A stretch of DNA of 64,000 nt from Terracidiphilus sp. (GTDB lineage: Bacteria > Acidobacteriota > Terriglobia > Terriglobales > Acidobacteriaceae): contig JBEKUB010000005.1 in assembly GCA_049515455.1 (NCBI GenBank), positions 82,858 to 146,857 of the forward strand. The letters run 5' to 3'. Under the pieces are notes generated by a model. The model had not been told where the DNA came from. It saw only the letters and a program-made list of their open reading frames with translations, and ran no database searches. This document shows, one piece after another, positions 48,816 to 60,268 of this stretch. Position 1 is the first letter of the stretch. Each line of letters opens with the position of its first letter. The position numbers and the translations under genes are program-made.

Positions 48816-49541
48816 ATGATTCGCGTATTTCGACCCCTGCCCCATGAACGGCTCAAGCTGCTAGTCTTCGACCTCGACGGCACTCTGATCGACTCCGCGC
48901 AGGATTTGTGCAACAGTATCAACGCCGCGCTCGCCCATGTCGACTACGAGCCGCTTCCTGACCCCGTGATCTCCGGATTCGTCGGCAACGGCGTGCCGAT
49001 GATGGTGCGCCGCTCACTGGCCTATAAAGATGGCGGCAATCTTGACCGATTAGACGAATCGTTGGTCGCCAAAATGCAGGCATTTTTCCTGGATTTCTAC
49101 CGCGAGCACAAGCTCGACTTCACTTACGCCTACGAAGGAGTTCTCGAGTCGCTCAAAGCCCTGCGCGATCTGCACGATTCGCCCGGAGGAAATCCGAGAA
49201 TCATGGCGGTTCTTACCAACAAACCCGTTCGCCCGTCCAGGGGCATCTGCGAAGGCCTCGGTCTGGCCGATTACTTCCTGCACATCTATGGAGGCGACAG
49301 CTTCCAGACCAAAAAGCCTGACCCGCTCGGACTCCGCACCCTCATGAGCGAAGCCGGTGCGCTGCCGGAAGAAACAGTGATGATCGGTGACAGCAAAGTG
49401 GATGTGCAAACCGCGCGCAATGCGGGAGCGTGGTCGATTGGCTGCGCCTTCGGATTCGGCCCGCAGAACCTGATGGAGACCCCACCCGACGTGCTGGTGG
49501 ATTCTCCGGCGGAATGGGCTGCCGCGCTCACCTCCGCATAG
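48816..49541 (+). CDS. HAD hydrolase, phosphoglycolate phosphatase-like
   Basis: FDLDGTL, LTNK, KKPDP, MIGDS.VD. Confidence 0.88.
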   Translation: MIRVFRPLPHERLKLLVFDLDGTLIDSAQDLCNSINAALAHVDYEPLPDPVISGFVGNGVPMMVRRSLAYKDGGNLDRLDESLVAKMQAFFLDFYREHKLDFTYAYEGVLESLKALRDLHDSPGGNPRIMAVLTNKPVRPSRGICEGLGLADYFLHIYGGDSFQTKKPDPLGLRTLMSEAGALPEETVMIGDSKVDVQTARNAGAWSIGCAFGFGPQNLMETPPDVLVDSPAEWAAALTSA

Positions 49542-49580
49542 TTTCCTTCTCCCTTCATCGAAACGCAGTACCCTGAACTC

Positions 49581-50606
49581 ATGGAGATTGTCCCTGCGAT
49601 AAGTCAGCGAGCCCTGCGCATCGTCCTCCCCGGCGGCAGCGGGCAGATTGGTCAGTTTCTGGCGCGGCATTTTCAGGAGCGCGGCCACCACGTGACCGTG
49701 TTGACTCGCGGACCCTACACCGCACCCTGGCAGACAGTTCACTGGGACAGCGATAAAGACGGCCCGTGGATAGAATCCCTGGAAGGCGCCGACGTTTGCA
49801 TTAATCTCTCCGGCCGCAGCGTGAACTGCCGTTATCACGCCGGCAATCGTGCCGCAATCTACAACTCACGCATTCGCACCACACAACTGCTCAATCAAGT
49901 GTTCACATCACTCGCCAATCCGCCGCGAGTGTGGCTGAATGCATCGGCGGCGTCCATCTATCAGCGCTCCCTTGATGCGCACGGAATCGATCTGCCTCTC
50001 GATGAAGTCGCTGGAAAATTGGCCTGCAACGAATCGCCTGTCAAATCGAAGCCGTTCGAAGAACGATGGGCCGACCGCCGTGACTTTATCTCCCGCGTAG
50101 CCAGAGATTGGGAAGCCGCTTTTTTTGAAACCGAAACCCCGCGAACCCGCAAGATAGCCTTGCGCAGCGGCATTGTTCTCAGCCCCGCGCCCGGCGCCGT
50201 CTTCGCCGTGCTCTCAAATCTGGTAAGGCTGGGGTTGGGCGGCACGCAAGGCAGTGGACGGCAATTCGTCTCCTGGATTCACGAATCTGACTTTGCCCGC
50301 GCCGTCGAATTCCTAATCGAGCAAGAGGAGATCAATGGACCGGTAAATATGGTCGCCCCCAATCCGCTCCCCAACCGCGAATTCATGGCCTCGTTGCGCT
50401 GGGCGTGGGACGTCCCCAACGGCCTTCCCGCTCCCTCGCTGCTCATCAAGCTAGGCGCATTCTTTCTCCGCACCGAACCCGAACTCGTTCTCCAAAGTAG
50501 CCGCATAGTTCCGCGCCGCCTTCTCGATGCCGGATTCGAATTCGAATTTCCCCAATGGCCAGAAGCCGCAGAGGATCTGGTGCGGCAATGGAAAAACAGG
50601 GACTAA
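49581..50606 (+). CDS. TIGR01777/YfcH-like NAD-dependent epimerase
   Basis: GGSGQIG, INLSG, DWEAA, LRSGIVL, QFVSWIH. Confidence 0.88.
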   Translation: MEIVPAISQRALRIVLPGGSGQIGQFLARHFQERGHHVTVLTRGPYTAPWQTVHWDSDKDGPWIESLEGADVCINLSGRSVNCRYHAGNRAAIYNSRIRTTQLLNQVFTSLANPPRVWLNASAASIYQRSLDAHGIDLPLDEVAGKLACNESPVKSKPFEERWADRRDFISRVARDWEAAFFETETPRTRKIALRSGIVLSPAPGAVFAVLSNLVRLGLGGTQGSGRQFVSWIHESDFARAVEFLIEQEEINGPVNMVAPNPLPNREFMASLRWAWDVPNGLPAPSLLIKLGAFFLRTEPELVLQSSRIVPRRLLDAGFEFEFPQWPEAAEDLVRQWKNRD

Positions 50607-50611
50607 CGGAT

Positions 50612-50641
50612 TAGGGAATAGGGAATAGGGAATAGGGGAAC
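50612..50641. repeat. AGGGAAT heptamer tandem repeat
   Basis: AGGGAAT x3 + AGGGGAA directly after the stop at 50606. Confidence 0.9.
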
Positions 50642-50712
50642 AGCTAGAATGCGGGCCTTCGCGCTAGAGTTGGTCGAACCGATATCGATCTTAGTTCCTT
50701 GGTCCCCGCCTC

Positions 50713-51171
50713 TCACTTCGCAGGAGTAATATCAGTAACCGGCAAATCCCAGTGGCCCAGGAGAATCTCAAACCGCCGCTGTTCTTCTTTCTTATATCTC
50801 TCTTGGTCCGGCCACAACTCTTTGATGAGTGCCTCTTCGTCGGGATTCGAGGTAGTGGCGACCGTCGAGTTCTTATAGCGAATCGTTACGCGATAGTCCC
50901 AGCGCCCGTCTTCCGTAGTGTGGTAGGCCGGTGACTCGATCTTCAATGAGAGTATGCGCCCCGTAGCCTGAATCTTCTCAAGAAGCGGGTAATGGTTCTT
51001 GAGAAAGAGTTGCAAAAACTCCTGCTGATGGCCCCACTGACACTTGTAGTAGTACTCGACGGTATAGGGCTGGTCAGCCCCACCCTGCGGCGGCGCTCCC
51101 TGAGCCAGCAGAGGAGCAACCAGCGAAGCGGCAAAGCCTGCGGCGAGAACAGCGAAAAGAATCCTGCGCAT
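50713..51171 (-). CDS. Exported small protein, possibly NIPSNAP/dimeric alpha-beta barrel-like
   Basis: GGAGG RBS, signal peptide MRRILFAVLAAGFAA... Confidence 0.7.
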   Translation of the reverse strand: MRRILFAVLAAGFAASLVAPLLAQGAPPQGGADQPYTVEYYYKCQWGHQQEFLQLFLKNHYPLLEKIQATGRILSLKIESPAYHTTEDGRWDYRVTIRYKNSTVATTSNPDEEALIKELWPDQERYKKEEQRRFEILLGHWDLPVTDITPAK

Positions 51172-51560
51172 TGTGCCTCCATTCAGCGATTGAATGCATT
51201 GTACCGCGAAGGTCATCTGTTCATTCAACTTGAGAATCCAAAAATAGGTTTTGTGTTTCTCATCGGGCTGTTGTATTCTCATCCCATGAATCAGTCGCAT
51301 CATGCCGCTAGGCATCTCGCTTGCATCTGTTGTCGTTGATGCGTTCCACCTCCTGCGACTGATCATCCACGCTGCTACAGAAAATTCAATGTAGATAGTT
51401 GCCTGTGTCTCCGCGTCTCGCGGAGGTCAAGGTGCCCCGCGCGTATTACTGCCGCAGGAGGGATGCATCCGCCGCACGATTTTTCCTTCTTTTTAACCCC
51501 GGTACCAAGGAGAAAATCTTTATGCGCGTATTTGCTTCTATTTTCCATTCGCCAGTCTCA

Positions 51561-52601
51561 ATGAAAAACTGGGCCGCAATCGCCCTGATCCTCGCTCTTT
51601 CCCTTGCCGCACGCGCCACGCAGGCACAGAGCCTGGGCTGGGAAGGCCCCACCGGCGTATTCGTCACGCCGCTGGCTCAGGTCTCCGCCTCGCCCGCCAA
51701 GGGCCTGGGCGAGCCCTCCGTCTCCTATCACTTCCTCGCCGGCGGCCCGATCATCGGCGACTGGAGCACCGTCTCCGTCACTGAAGGCTTCGCCAAACGC
51801 TTCGAGTTCGGCTACACCCATGAAATCCACAGCGAGGAAGGCGGCAGCAAGGCCCCGCTCGGACCTGCCCTAACACCGCTGTGGAACTCCGGCATCGACG
51901 TCGTGCATGGCAAAGTAAACCTCATCCCTGACGGTTTCGGGAAGCAGAAGTGGGTTCCGGCTATCTCCGTAGGCGGAATCTACCGCTCCGGCGACAACAT
52001 CGGCGTTAACATCAACAATCTCGCCACAAAGTTGCTCTATAGCGACTACTACACCGGAGATGGCGATGGTGTGACTCCCATCAAAGGTATTCAGAAGACC
52101 ACCAACGGCGACGTCTACGTGGTAGCCACCAAACTCATCACCCAGATCAAGAATCTTCCCATCCTGGCAAGCGCCGGGATCCGCGGCACCAATGCCTCGC
52201 TGTGGGGCCTGGGCGGCAACGCTCCCGGATTCGAGGGCAAAGCCTTCGGTTCTACGGCCTTTGTCATCAAGGGACCCTACAAAAGCACCATCATTCCAGC
52301 CTTCGAAATCTCCGAGCAGCCCCAGCACATCTCCCTGGCCACGGCCACCAATACCGTGGACTCCTCCAGGGCGGCCACGCTCTTCGATATTCCCACCTCT
52401 GAGGTTTACGCCGTCCGCATTGTGCCGCTAGCCAAACGCAAGCTGAACCTCGACGCCGGCGTTCTGCACGCGGGCGGCTACATTGACAATCCGCTGCTGA
52501 ACGAGGTCATCACCGACAACTTCAGCGGTCCCACGGCTGCCGGCAAGGTAAACCTGAACATTCGCGCCCGCGTTGCCTTTGGCGTCTCCTACGGGTTCTA
52601 A
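51561..52601 (+). CDS. Putative outer-membrane beta-barrel protein
   Basis: Signal peptide, amphipathic beta-strands, terminal GVSYGF motif. Confidence 0.65.
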   Translation: MKNWAAIALILALSLAARATQAQSLGWEGPTGVFVTPLAQVSASPAKGLGEPSVSYHFLAGGPIIGDWSTVSVTEGFAKRFEFGYTHEIHSEEGGSKAPLGPALTPLWNSGIDVVHGKVNLIPDGFGKQKWVPAISVGGIYRSGDNIGVNINNLATKLLYSDYYTGDGDGVTPIKGIQKTTNGDVYVVATKLITQIKNLPILASAGIRGTNASLWGLGGNAPGFEGKAFGSTAFVIKGPYKSTIIPAFEISEQPQHISLATATNTVDSSRAATLFDIPTSEVYAVRIVPLAKRKLNLDAGVLHAGGYIDNPLLNEVITDNFSGPTAAGKVNLNIRARVAFGVSYGF

Positions 52602-52605
52602 GAAC

Positions 52606-52688
52606 AGGGGTCAGAGATCAGCTATCAGTCTTCGGTGTTCAGATGAATTGCGTCGTTCAAGCGGCGCTCTTTCTGATCCCTGACCCCT
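52606..52688. repeat. 16-bp inverted repeat (1 mismatch) after the barrel gene
   Basis: AGGGGTCAGAGATCAG (52606-52621) and CTGATCCCTGACCCCT (52673-52688); partial copy at 44653. Confidence 0.65.
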
Positions 52689-52795
52689 AACCCCTGCTTC
52701 CCGAGCGTATCATTTCCCTTCCGCGTCTGAAAGTTGTAGCATTCTCTCGGGCAGGCCTGTCACCTCCGGCCTGCTCCTTCGAGGCACTGGAAACC

Positions 52796-53338
52796 ATGAA
52801 TCACAATTCTTCACTCTGTCGCGGCCGCCGCGGCGCCCGTAACGGAAGGCAGCCCAACGGCTTCACGCTGATGGAACTGCTGATCGTCATTGCCATCATC
52901 CTGATCCTCATGCTCATGGCCATCCCCACCATCGGCAGCTTGAAGAAAAAGGCCAACGAGACCTCGGCGATCAACTCCGTCCAGGTCATCTCCAAGGCGG
53001 AGCTGCAGTACGAATCGACTTACCCCATGAACGGCTACTCCTGCACGCTTGCAGGCCTGGGCGGCGATCCCAACTCCGGCGCCGCCCCATCGGCTGCCAG
53101 CGCCCAGATCCTGCAGAGCGACCTCTCCGGGGGCTACAAGTCCGGCTATATCTTCAGCATCGCCAACTGCTCCAAGGTAACCGTCAACAGCGTCGACCGC
53201 TATACCGGTTACAAGATCACTGCCGTTCCGCAAACTGTCCACACAACTGGAGATCGCGGCTTCTGCAGTGACCAGTTCGGCGCCATCAGTTTCGATCCCG
53301 CCGGCGGCACAAACTGCACTCAGCCCCTCAGCCAATGA
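52796..53338 (+). CDS. Type IV pilin-like protein
   Basis: Prepilin cleavage site G|FTLMELLIVIAII; four Cys in the globular domain. Confidence 0.9.
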   Translation: MNHNSSLCRGRRGARNGRQPNGFTLMELLIVIAIILILMLMAIPTIGSLKKKANETSAINSVQVISKAELQYESTYPMNGYSCTLAGLGGDPNSGAAPSAASAQILQSDLSGGYKSGYIFSIANCSKVTVNSVDRYTGYKITAVPQTVHTTGDRGFCSDQFGAISFDPAGGTNCTQPLSQ

Positions 53339-54015
53339 GCCCGGGTACCTTCTTCAGACGCGGCGGTCCCATTGCGGCCGCCGCATTGCTGATCTGTGCG
53401 TTCCTGGCAAATGCCCAGCCTGCCGCTTCGCCGGATGCAGCGCACCGCCTCGCGCGCAAGGTCGACCAACATTACAACGAGCTGCATTCGCTTCAGGCTG
53501 GCTTTACTGAGAGTTATGAAGGGCTGGGAATCAGGCGTTCCGAGAGTGGAACACTCCAATTGCTCAAGCCCGGCCGCATGAGGTGGGATTACAACTCCCC
53601 GGCCGGCAAGCTCTGCCTCATCGACGGCAGATACGCTTGGTTCTACTCGCGCGGCGACTCTCAAGTCCAGCGCATCCCGGCCAGTCAGCTCGACGACCTG
53701 CGTTCCCCGCTGCGTTTCCTACTGGGTCGCACAAAACTTGAAAAGGAAATGAACAATCTGGCGCTGGCTCCCGCCCCTGGCGGCCTCTTCACCCTCACCG
53801 GCCAGCCCAAAGGCCAGGAAAAGCGCGTCGCGCGCCTCACTCTCACCGTAACGGCCGAAGGAATCATCACTGGAATAGAAATCGAAGAAACCGACGGCGC
53901 TCTAACCCGTTTCACCTTCACCGGCGAAGTGCCCAACAAGCCGATTCCGCCCCAGACTTTCCACTTCACCCCACCCCTCGGCGTGCCAGTGGTAGACGCA
54001 CTACCCCCCGTCTAA
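53335..54015 (+). CDS. lolA: Outer-membrane lipoprotein carrier protein
   Basis: LQAGFTE, GTLQLLKPGRMRWDY, SPLRFLLG, F.FTPP.GV; ATGA overlap with the pilin. Confidence 0.85.
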   Translation: MSPGTFFRRGGPIAAAALLICAFLANAQPAASPDAAHRLARKVDQHYNELHSLQAGFTESYEGLGIRRSESGTLQLLKPGRMRWDYNSPAGKLCLIDGRYAWFYSRGDSQVQRIPASQLDDLRSPLRFLLGRTKLEKEMNNLALAPAPGGLFTLTGQPKGQEKRVARLTLTVTAEGIITGIEIEETDGALTRFTFTGEVPNKPIPPQTFHFTPPLGVPVVDALPPV

Positions 54016-54143
54016 ACAATAGAACGAATGCGCGAGAAACCTATTTTGTATATGAGAGTGGATCGCTTCCTTTTCGTCACAAAAGCGGAAAAAGCAGCAC
54101 CAGTCAGCTGACTCGCTGACTTGCAAACCCGTCAAACCCCAAT

Positions 54144-55130
54144 CTAGTTCACACTTGCTTCTGGCACCACATTCTCCGCAGGAGCTGCATTCTGCGTGGG
54201 CACCACATTCTCCGCAGGAGCCACATTCTCCGCCGGAACTAGATCCAGAGGTTCAGTCAGCGTAAACAGCAGCGGTGCTCCCTCTTCCAGCGTAGCCTGC
54301 GGATGGTCCACCATCAGGTGTACCGTAATCGCCCCAGCGCCAATCAAACCGCCGGTAACAGCGCCCGCCGGTCCGCCGAGAACAGCCCCGGTAACCACGC
54401 CCGCGCCCACTGCGCCGCCGTATTCCACCTCGTCTTTCCTCACCCGCGATCCAGGGTTAATTCCGCCCTCGTCGCCAATTCGGGTATGCGATCCGGGAGT
54501 TCCACTGATCTCGGCATGCAGATTGTAGCGCGTGCCGTCGGGCAGAATCACGACCTCTGGATTCAGATGCATGGTGCCGTGACCGCCAAGGTGGCCGGTT
54601 GAAACCTGCGTCACCCGCCCGTCAATCTCCGCTCCGGCAGGAATCAGCACTTGCCCATCCTGCAACACATCGGAGGCTACCTTGGTACGGAACTTCTCAC
54701 CCACCTCGCTGTCTGAGGTCGAAAGCCGTTCCTGCAGCCGCACGCGAATGCTCGTTCCCTCAACAATCTCTCCCGGCCGCCGCGCATGCAAATGCACAAT
54801 ATCTCCGTCCGGATCGTTCGCATAGGCCCGATTCTGCAACGCTCGCTCAGAGGGAACACCCACCACGCCGGAGTCTGGGTCCGGGTTGTTGGAAGAAGGA
54901 TTCACAAAAGCAGGCCGCGGCTGGATCTGCACTTGAGCAGGCGCAACCGGTTGACTATAAGCAGGTTTCCCTGCCGGCGGCTTCTGAGAAGGTGCATCGC
55001 TGGTCGTAATCTGGTCATCCGAGGGGGGATTCGAAGTCCCCTGAAAGGCGTTCGACTGGCTTGCCTCCTGTGCTCCCACGACCATAGCGGCTGCAGTAAA
55101 CATCGCGCATATAAAAATTGGACGATTCAT
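54144..55130 (-). CDS. Exported TrbI/VirB10-like domain protein with C-terminal hexapeptide repeats
   Basis: GTSIRVRLQERLST..GEKF...IPAGAEIDGRV; Gly-zipper; (A/V)PAENV repeats. Confidence 0.7.
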   Translation of the reverse strand: MNRPIFICAMFTAAAMVVGAQEASQSNAFQGTSNPPSDDQITTSDAPSQKPPAGKPAYSQPVAPAQVQIQPRPAFVNPSSNNPDPDSGVVGVPSERALQNRAYANDPDGDIVHLHARRPGEIVEGTSIRVRLQERLSTSDSEVGEKFRTKVASDVLQDGQVLIPAGAEIDGRVTQVSTGHLGGHGTMHLNPEVVILPDGTRYNLHAEISGTPGSHTRIGDEGGINPGSRVRKDEVEYGGAVGAGVVTGAVLGGPAGAVTGGLIGAGAITVHLMVDHPQATLEEGAPLLFTLTEPLDLVPAENVAPAENVVPTQNAAPAENVVPEASVN

Positions 55131-55428
55131 CCAGGACTCCTTTTCGCGGACACACATCCCCACTAAGTTAGACCCCGGCAAGGCCAAAGAGTTTCGTTTG
55201 AACTGCCGCTTACCGGCTGTGCCCACTCTTCCAATTTAAGGTTAGCGCGAATCGGAAACTGAGATCGCGCCTCCCGCCCGCCAGGTGCCTCCCACGGCAC
55301 GAATCAAAACAGGAAACACTGGAGCCCTGGTTGCTTCATATTTGCGATGCTTTCGCCCCAGTGCCCGCCACCACACGTACGCAGTCGCCTGGTTTGTTAG
55401 AATTTGTAGCGTATAACAGCACATGTGA

Positions 55429-56856
<1,428 letters not shown>

Positions 56857-56886
56857 AGACCGGGACAGTCGTCGTGAACAAACTAT

Positions 56887-56964
56887 GGGTGGCCCAGGTT
56901 CGGGTCCCCACGGACAGGTCTTAGTCCGTGGGGTGGAGATCTCGCTTTTGAGACCTGGGCCACC
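56887..56964. repeat. Family A element interrupted by a family B hairpin
   Basis: GGGTGGCCCAGGT [41-nt insert 56900-56940] CTCGCTTTTGAGACCTGGG. Confidence 0.8.
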
Positions 56965-57041
56965 AAAAACTCCACAACATGCGTTCTTCATGCATTTTTT
57001 CTTCATTCACAACACCGAAACCCACGAAAGAGAGTATTGAA

Positions 57042-57791
57042 ATGTACAAAGTCGTTTTGATTCGCCACGGAGAGAGCATCTGGAATAAGGAAAACCTGTT
57101 TACCGGTTGGACGGATGTTGACCTCTCAGAGAAAGGCCGTGAAGAGGCCACGCAGGCTGGCCGGATGCTGAAGGAGCAGGAATTCCACTTCGATCTCGCC
57201 TACACATCGGTGTTGAAGCGCGCGATTCGCACTCTGTGGACTGTGCTGGACGAGATGGACCAGATGTGGATTCCCGTCGCGCGCGACTGGCGGTTGAACG
57301 AACGTCATTATGGGGCGCTCCAAGGCCTCAACAAGGCTGAAACCACCGCAAAGTATGGGGCGGAACAGGTGAAGATCTGGCGCCGCAGTTACGACGTTCC
57401 CCCTCCGGCACTGGAAGAATCAGACCCGCGTTATCCGGGCAAGGACCCGCGCTATCACAGCCTCACGAAACAACAGCTTCCCCTGACCGAATGCCTTAAG
57501 GACACCGTAGTCCGCGTTCTGCCGTGCTGGCACAATGTGATCGCTCCCCAAATCCGGTCAGGCAAGCAGGTGTTGATCGCGGCCCATGGCAACAGCCTGC
57601 GCGCACTGGTGAAGTACCTCGAAGACGTGCCCGACGATAAGATTGTCGATCTCAACATTCCCACCGGCGTGCCGATGGTGCAAGAACTCGATGAGAACCT
57701 GAAATCGATTCGTCATTATTATCTGGGAGACGCCGCGCAAATCGAAGCGGCAGTGAATAAAGCTGCGAGCACGGGCGCAGCGAGTCACTAA
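57042..57791 (+). CDS. gpmA: 2,3-bisphosphoglycerate-dependent phosphoglycerate mutase
   Basis: [35 protein letters not shown]. Confidence 0.97.
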   Translation: MYKVVLIRHGESIWNKENLFTGWTDVDLSEKGREEATQAGRMLKEQEFHFDLAYTSVLKRAIRTLWTVLDEMDQMWIPVARDWRLNERHYGALQGLNKAETTAKYGAEQVKIWRRSYDVPPPALEESDPRYPGKDPRYHSLTKQQLPLTECLKDTVVRVLPCWHNVIAPQIRSGKQVLIAAHGNSLRALVKYLEDVPDDKIVDLNIPTGVPMVQELDENLKSIRHYYLGDAAQIEAAVNKAASTGAASH

Positions 57792-57868
57792 TGGACCAAT
57801 AGAACGCGTGTTCTTCGGTTCAACTTCGCCAATGCCGGCAACGCAAGGCCTGATCTGGAAAAGTGTCT

Positions 57869-60241
57869 CTACTCGATACGGAGTTGGGTAAAAAGGGGAA
57901 TCTTTGCCACATCCAGAACCACACCGAACGCGATGGCAGCCGCAAATTCACATGCAATAAGCGCAATCGGCAATGGCGCCATGGCGATTCCCAGCGTCGC
58001 AAGAGTAGAAATGATCAGCACGTCGGCCACTGAAGAGAGCACCAGCAAGGCGCTGGGGCGCAATCCCCACAAGTGTTGGCGCCCGCGAATTACGTACGTC
58101 GTAACCTGGCTGCCAAACACAATACTGACTACGGTGAGGGTTTGGAGCGCCTCAATGCCGAGATGCAATTGAAATTTGCCCACCGCCAGAATCGTCGTGG
58201 AGAATGCAAGAAAGCAGAATCCAAGAATAACTCCGGCGCTCGTGATTCGGCCGATTTGCCATGTGTTGGGCATCTTTGATGGACGCACCCTGTCGGTGGT
58301 CAACGACATGGCCAGAAAGTCCCCGGTGATCATAACGATGACCATCAGCATGGGCGTAAGCACGGCATGACCGGTCATAACCAGGCCCACCGCCAGCAGA
58401 AGCACCTGAAAGATCTTCTTTTCAACCGAGTTGAGCGTGTAAGTGAGAATACGTTGAAATGTGACTCTGCCTTCTTTGACAGCCGCCACGATCCCACCAA
58501 GACCAGCTTTAGTCAAAACTACACCGGCAGCCGATTTCGCTACATCGGTCGCTGTCGAGACCGCAATTCCAATCTGCGCCTGGCGAAGCGCAGGCGCGTC
58601 ATTGGCGCCATCGCCGCACATTCCCACGGTATGCCCGTTCTTCTGAAAAGCCTTGACCAGGTCATACTTGCCTTCCGGCAAAATGCCTGCGAAAACGGCG
58701 TAAGTCTCAGGTTCAATTCCCGCGGGCAGCCTTCCAGACGGGCAAACGGACCCGGTCAACCCGACGTCGTGAGCGACGATTGCCGCCGTGGCCGGAGCAT
58801 CCCCCGTCACCATGACCGTGCGCACGCCGAGACTCCTCAATTCCGTGATAAGTGAGATCGAGTCCGTCCGCGGAGGATCGCTGAGCGCGATCAACCCAAT
58901 GATCTGCATCGATGCCGCTGGTCCCATGCCAACCGCCAAAACTCTATAGCCCTTCCTCTCGAGTTCATCAGCGATAGCAGCAGCGGCCGCAGAGGGAGAG
59001 GTTCGAGCGACAACCGCGGTGAATGCGCCTTTGATGATTTGCCCTGGCGCACCCTTTCCATCTGTCGTGGTTGCTTCCGATGTCTTCTTCGCTGGGTCGA
59101 ACGGCACAAACGTCACCAGCTTTGGCAAGTCCTGCGCAGGCTTGTGCGAGGCCGCGGAACGAATCGCCGCATCCACAGAGTCCTCGCCTCCATCAGAACT
59201 CGCCAGCGATGCCATCCCCAGAACGTGTGCTTCGTCAAACCCGGGCAATGGTCGAACACTGGTGACTGAAAGCGCATTGAGGGTTAGAGTTCCGGTTTTA
59301 TCTGAGCACAAAACATCAATCGATGCTGCTTCGTCCACGGCGGAAAGCCGCGTCGGCAGCACGCTCAACTTCGCAAGCGCACGAGCTCCAACCGCCGCAG
59401 CAAGCGTGAATGTTGCCGGCAATGCCACGGGGATGACGGCAAGAACCGATGTCAGTAATAAGGGAACAATTTCGCTCCACGGCATCACATGAGAATAAGC
59501 ATAGAAGCCCATGGCCAGAATCACGGCGCTATTGAAGATGGCCAGATTACGCACGATCTTGAGCACAGCCTTCTGCTGCGTGCTTTCAACGCGCGCGGTA
59601 CGAACAAGTTCCGCCGTGCGACCAAATTTAGTACGGGCGCCGGTAGCTGTTACGACTGCCGTAGCTTCACCGCGCTGAACGAGAGCTCCTGCGTAGGTGT
59701 CCACACCCGCACCGGCCTCAATAGGCAAGGATTCGCCCGTGAGCATCGATTGATCGAGCTGCACCGAGCCATCAGACAGATGCACATCGGCGGCAACCAC
59801 GCCGCCCAGTGACAGCTTCACCAGGTCTCCACGTACCAACTCTGCCGCCGGAACAGTCTTCCACACGCCGTCGCGTTGGACACAGGCATTGAGGGCGAGA
59901 CGCGACTTCAGGGCCGCCAGGGTTGCCTGGGCGCGGCTCTCCTGAAAGTAGGCAAGCGCGGCATTGAAGACCAGCAAAGCCGCGATGACCAATGCCTCAT
60001 AATACTTATGCAGTGCAAGCTCGAGCACAATGGAAGCTTCGAGCAGCCACGGAACCGGCGCCCAGAACTTGGCCAATGCGTTGCGCAGCGGATGCGCGGA
60101 GATATCCGGCATTGAATTGGGCCCGTCTTTTTCAAGGCGAGCGCGCGCCTCATCGCTCGTAAGCCCTTTCGAAGCGATTTCTTCGACCGGTTTTGTCAGC
60201 TGATTGGCCGAGGCGGGAGCGATAGCAACCGTTGCAATCAT
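57869..60241 (-). CDS. P-type ATPase, P3A plasma-membrane H+-ATPase-like
   Basis: TGES, IPVALPA, DKTGTLT, DPPR, MVTGD, GDGANDAPAL, TM6 GDF. Confidence 0.88.
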   Translation of the reverse strand: MIATVAIAPASANQLTKPVEEIASKGLTSDEARARLEKDGPNSMPDISAHPLRNALAKFWAPVPWLLEASIVLELALHKYYEALVIAALLVFNAALAYFQESRAQATLAALKSRLALNACVQRDGVWKTVPAAELVRGDLVKLSLGGVVAADVHLSDGSVQLDQSMLTGESLPIEAGAGVDTYAGALVQRGEATAVVTATGARTKFGRTAELVRTARVESTQQKAVLKIVRNLAIFNSAVILAMGFYAYSHVMPWSEIVPLLLTSVLAVIPVALPATFTLAAAVGARALAKLSVLPTRLSAVDEAASIDVLCSDKTGTLTLNALSVTSVRPLPGFDEAHVLGMASLASSDGGEDSVDAAIRSAASHKPAQDLPKLVTFVPFDPAKKTSEATTTDGKGAPGQIIKGAFTAVVARTSPSAAAAAIADELERKGYRVLAVGMGPAASMQIIGLIALSDPPRTDSISLITELRSLGVRTVMVTGDAPATAAIVAHDVGLTGSVCPSGRLPAGIEPETYAVFAGILPEGKYDLVKAFQKNGHTVGMCGDGANDAPALRQAQIGIAVSTATDVAKSAAGVVLTKAGLGGIVAAVKEGRVTFQRILTYTLNSVEKKIFQVLLLAVGLVMTGHAVLTPMLMVIVMITGDFLAMSLTTDRVRPSKMPNTWQIGRITSAGVILGFCFLAFSTTILAVGKFQLHLGIEALQTLTVVSIVFGSQVTTYVIRGRQHLWGLRPSALLVLSSVADVLIISTLATLGIAMAPLPIALIACEFAAAIAFGVVLDVAKIPLFTQLRIE

Positions 60242-60268
60242 AACGTTCCCTCTGAAACGCTGATCTCG

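Noticed and set aside
54144-55130. Conjugative/T4SS locus
   Set aside because: There are no VirB4/VirD4, relaxase or other Trb genes in the window.
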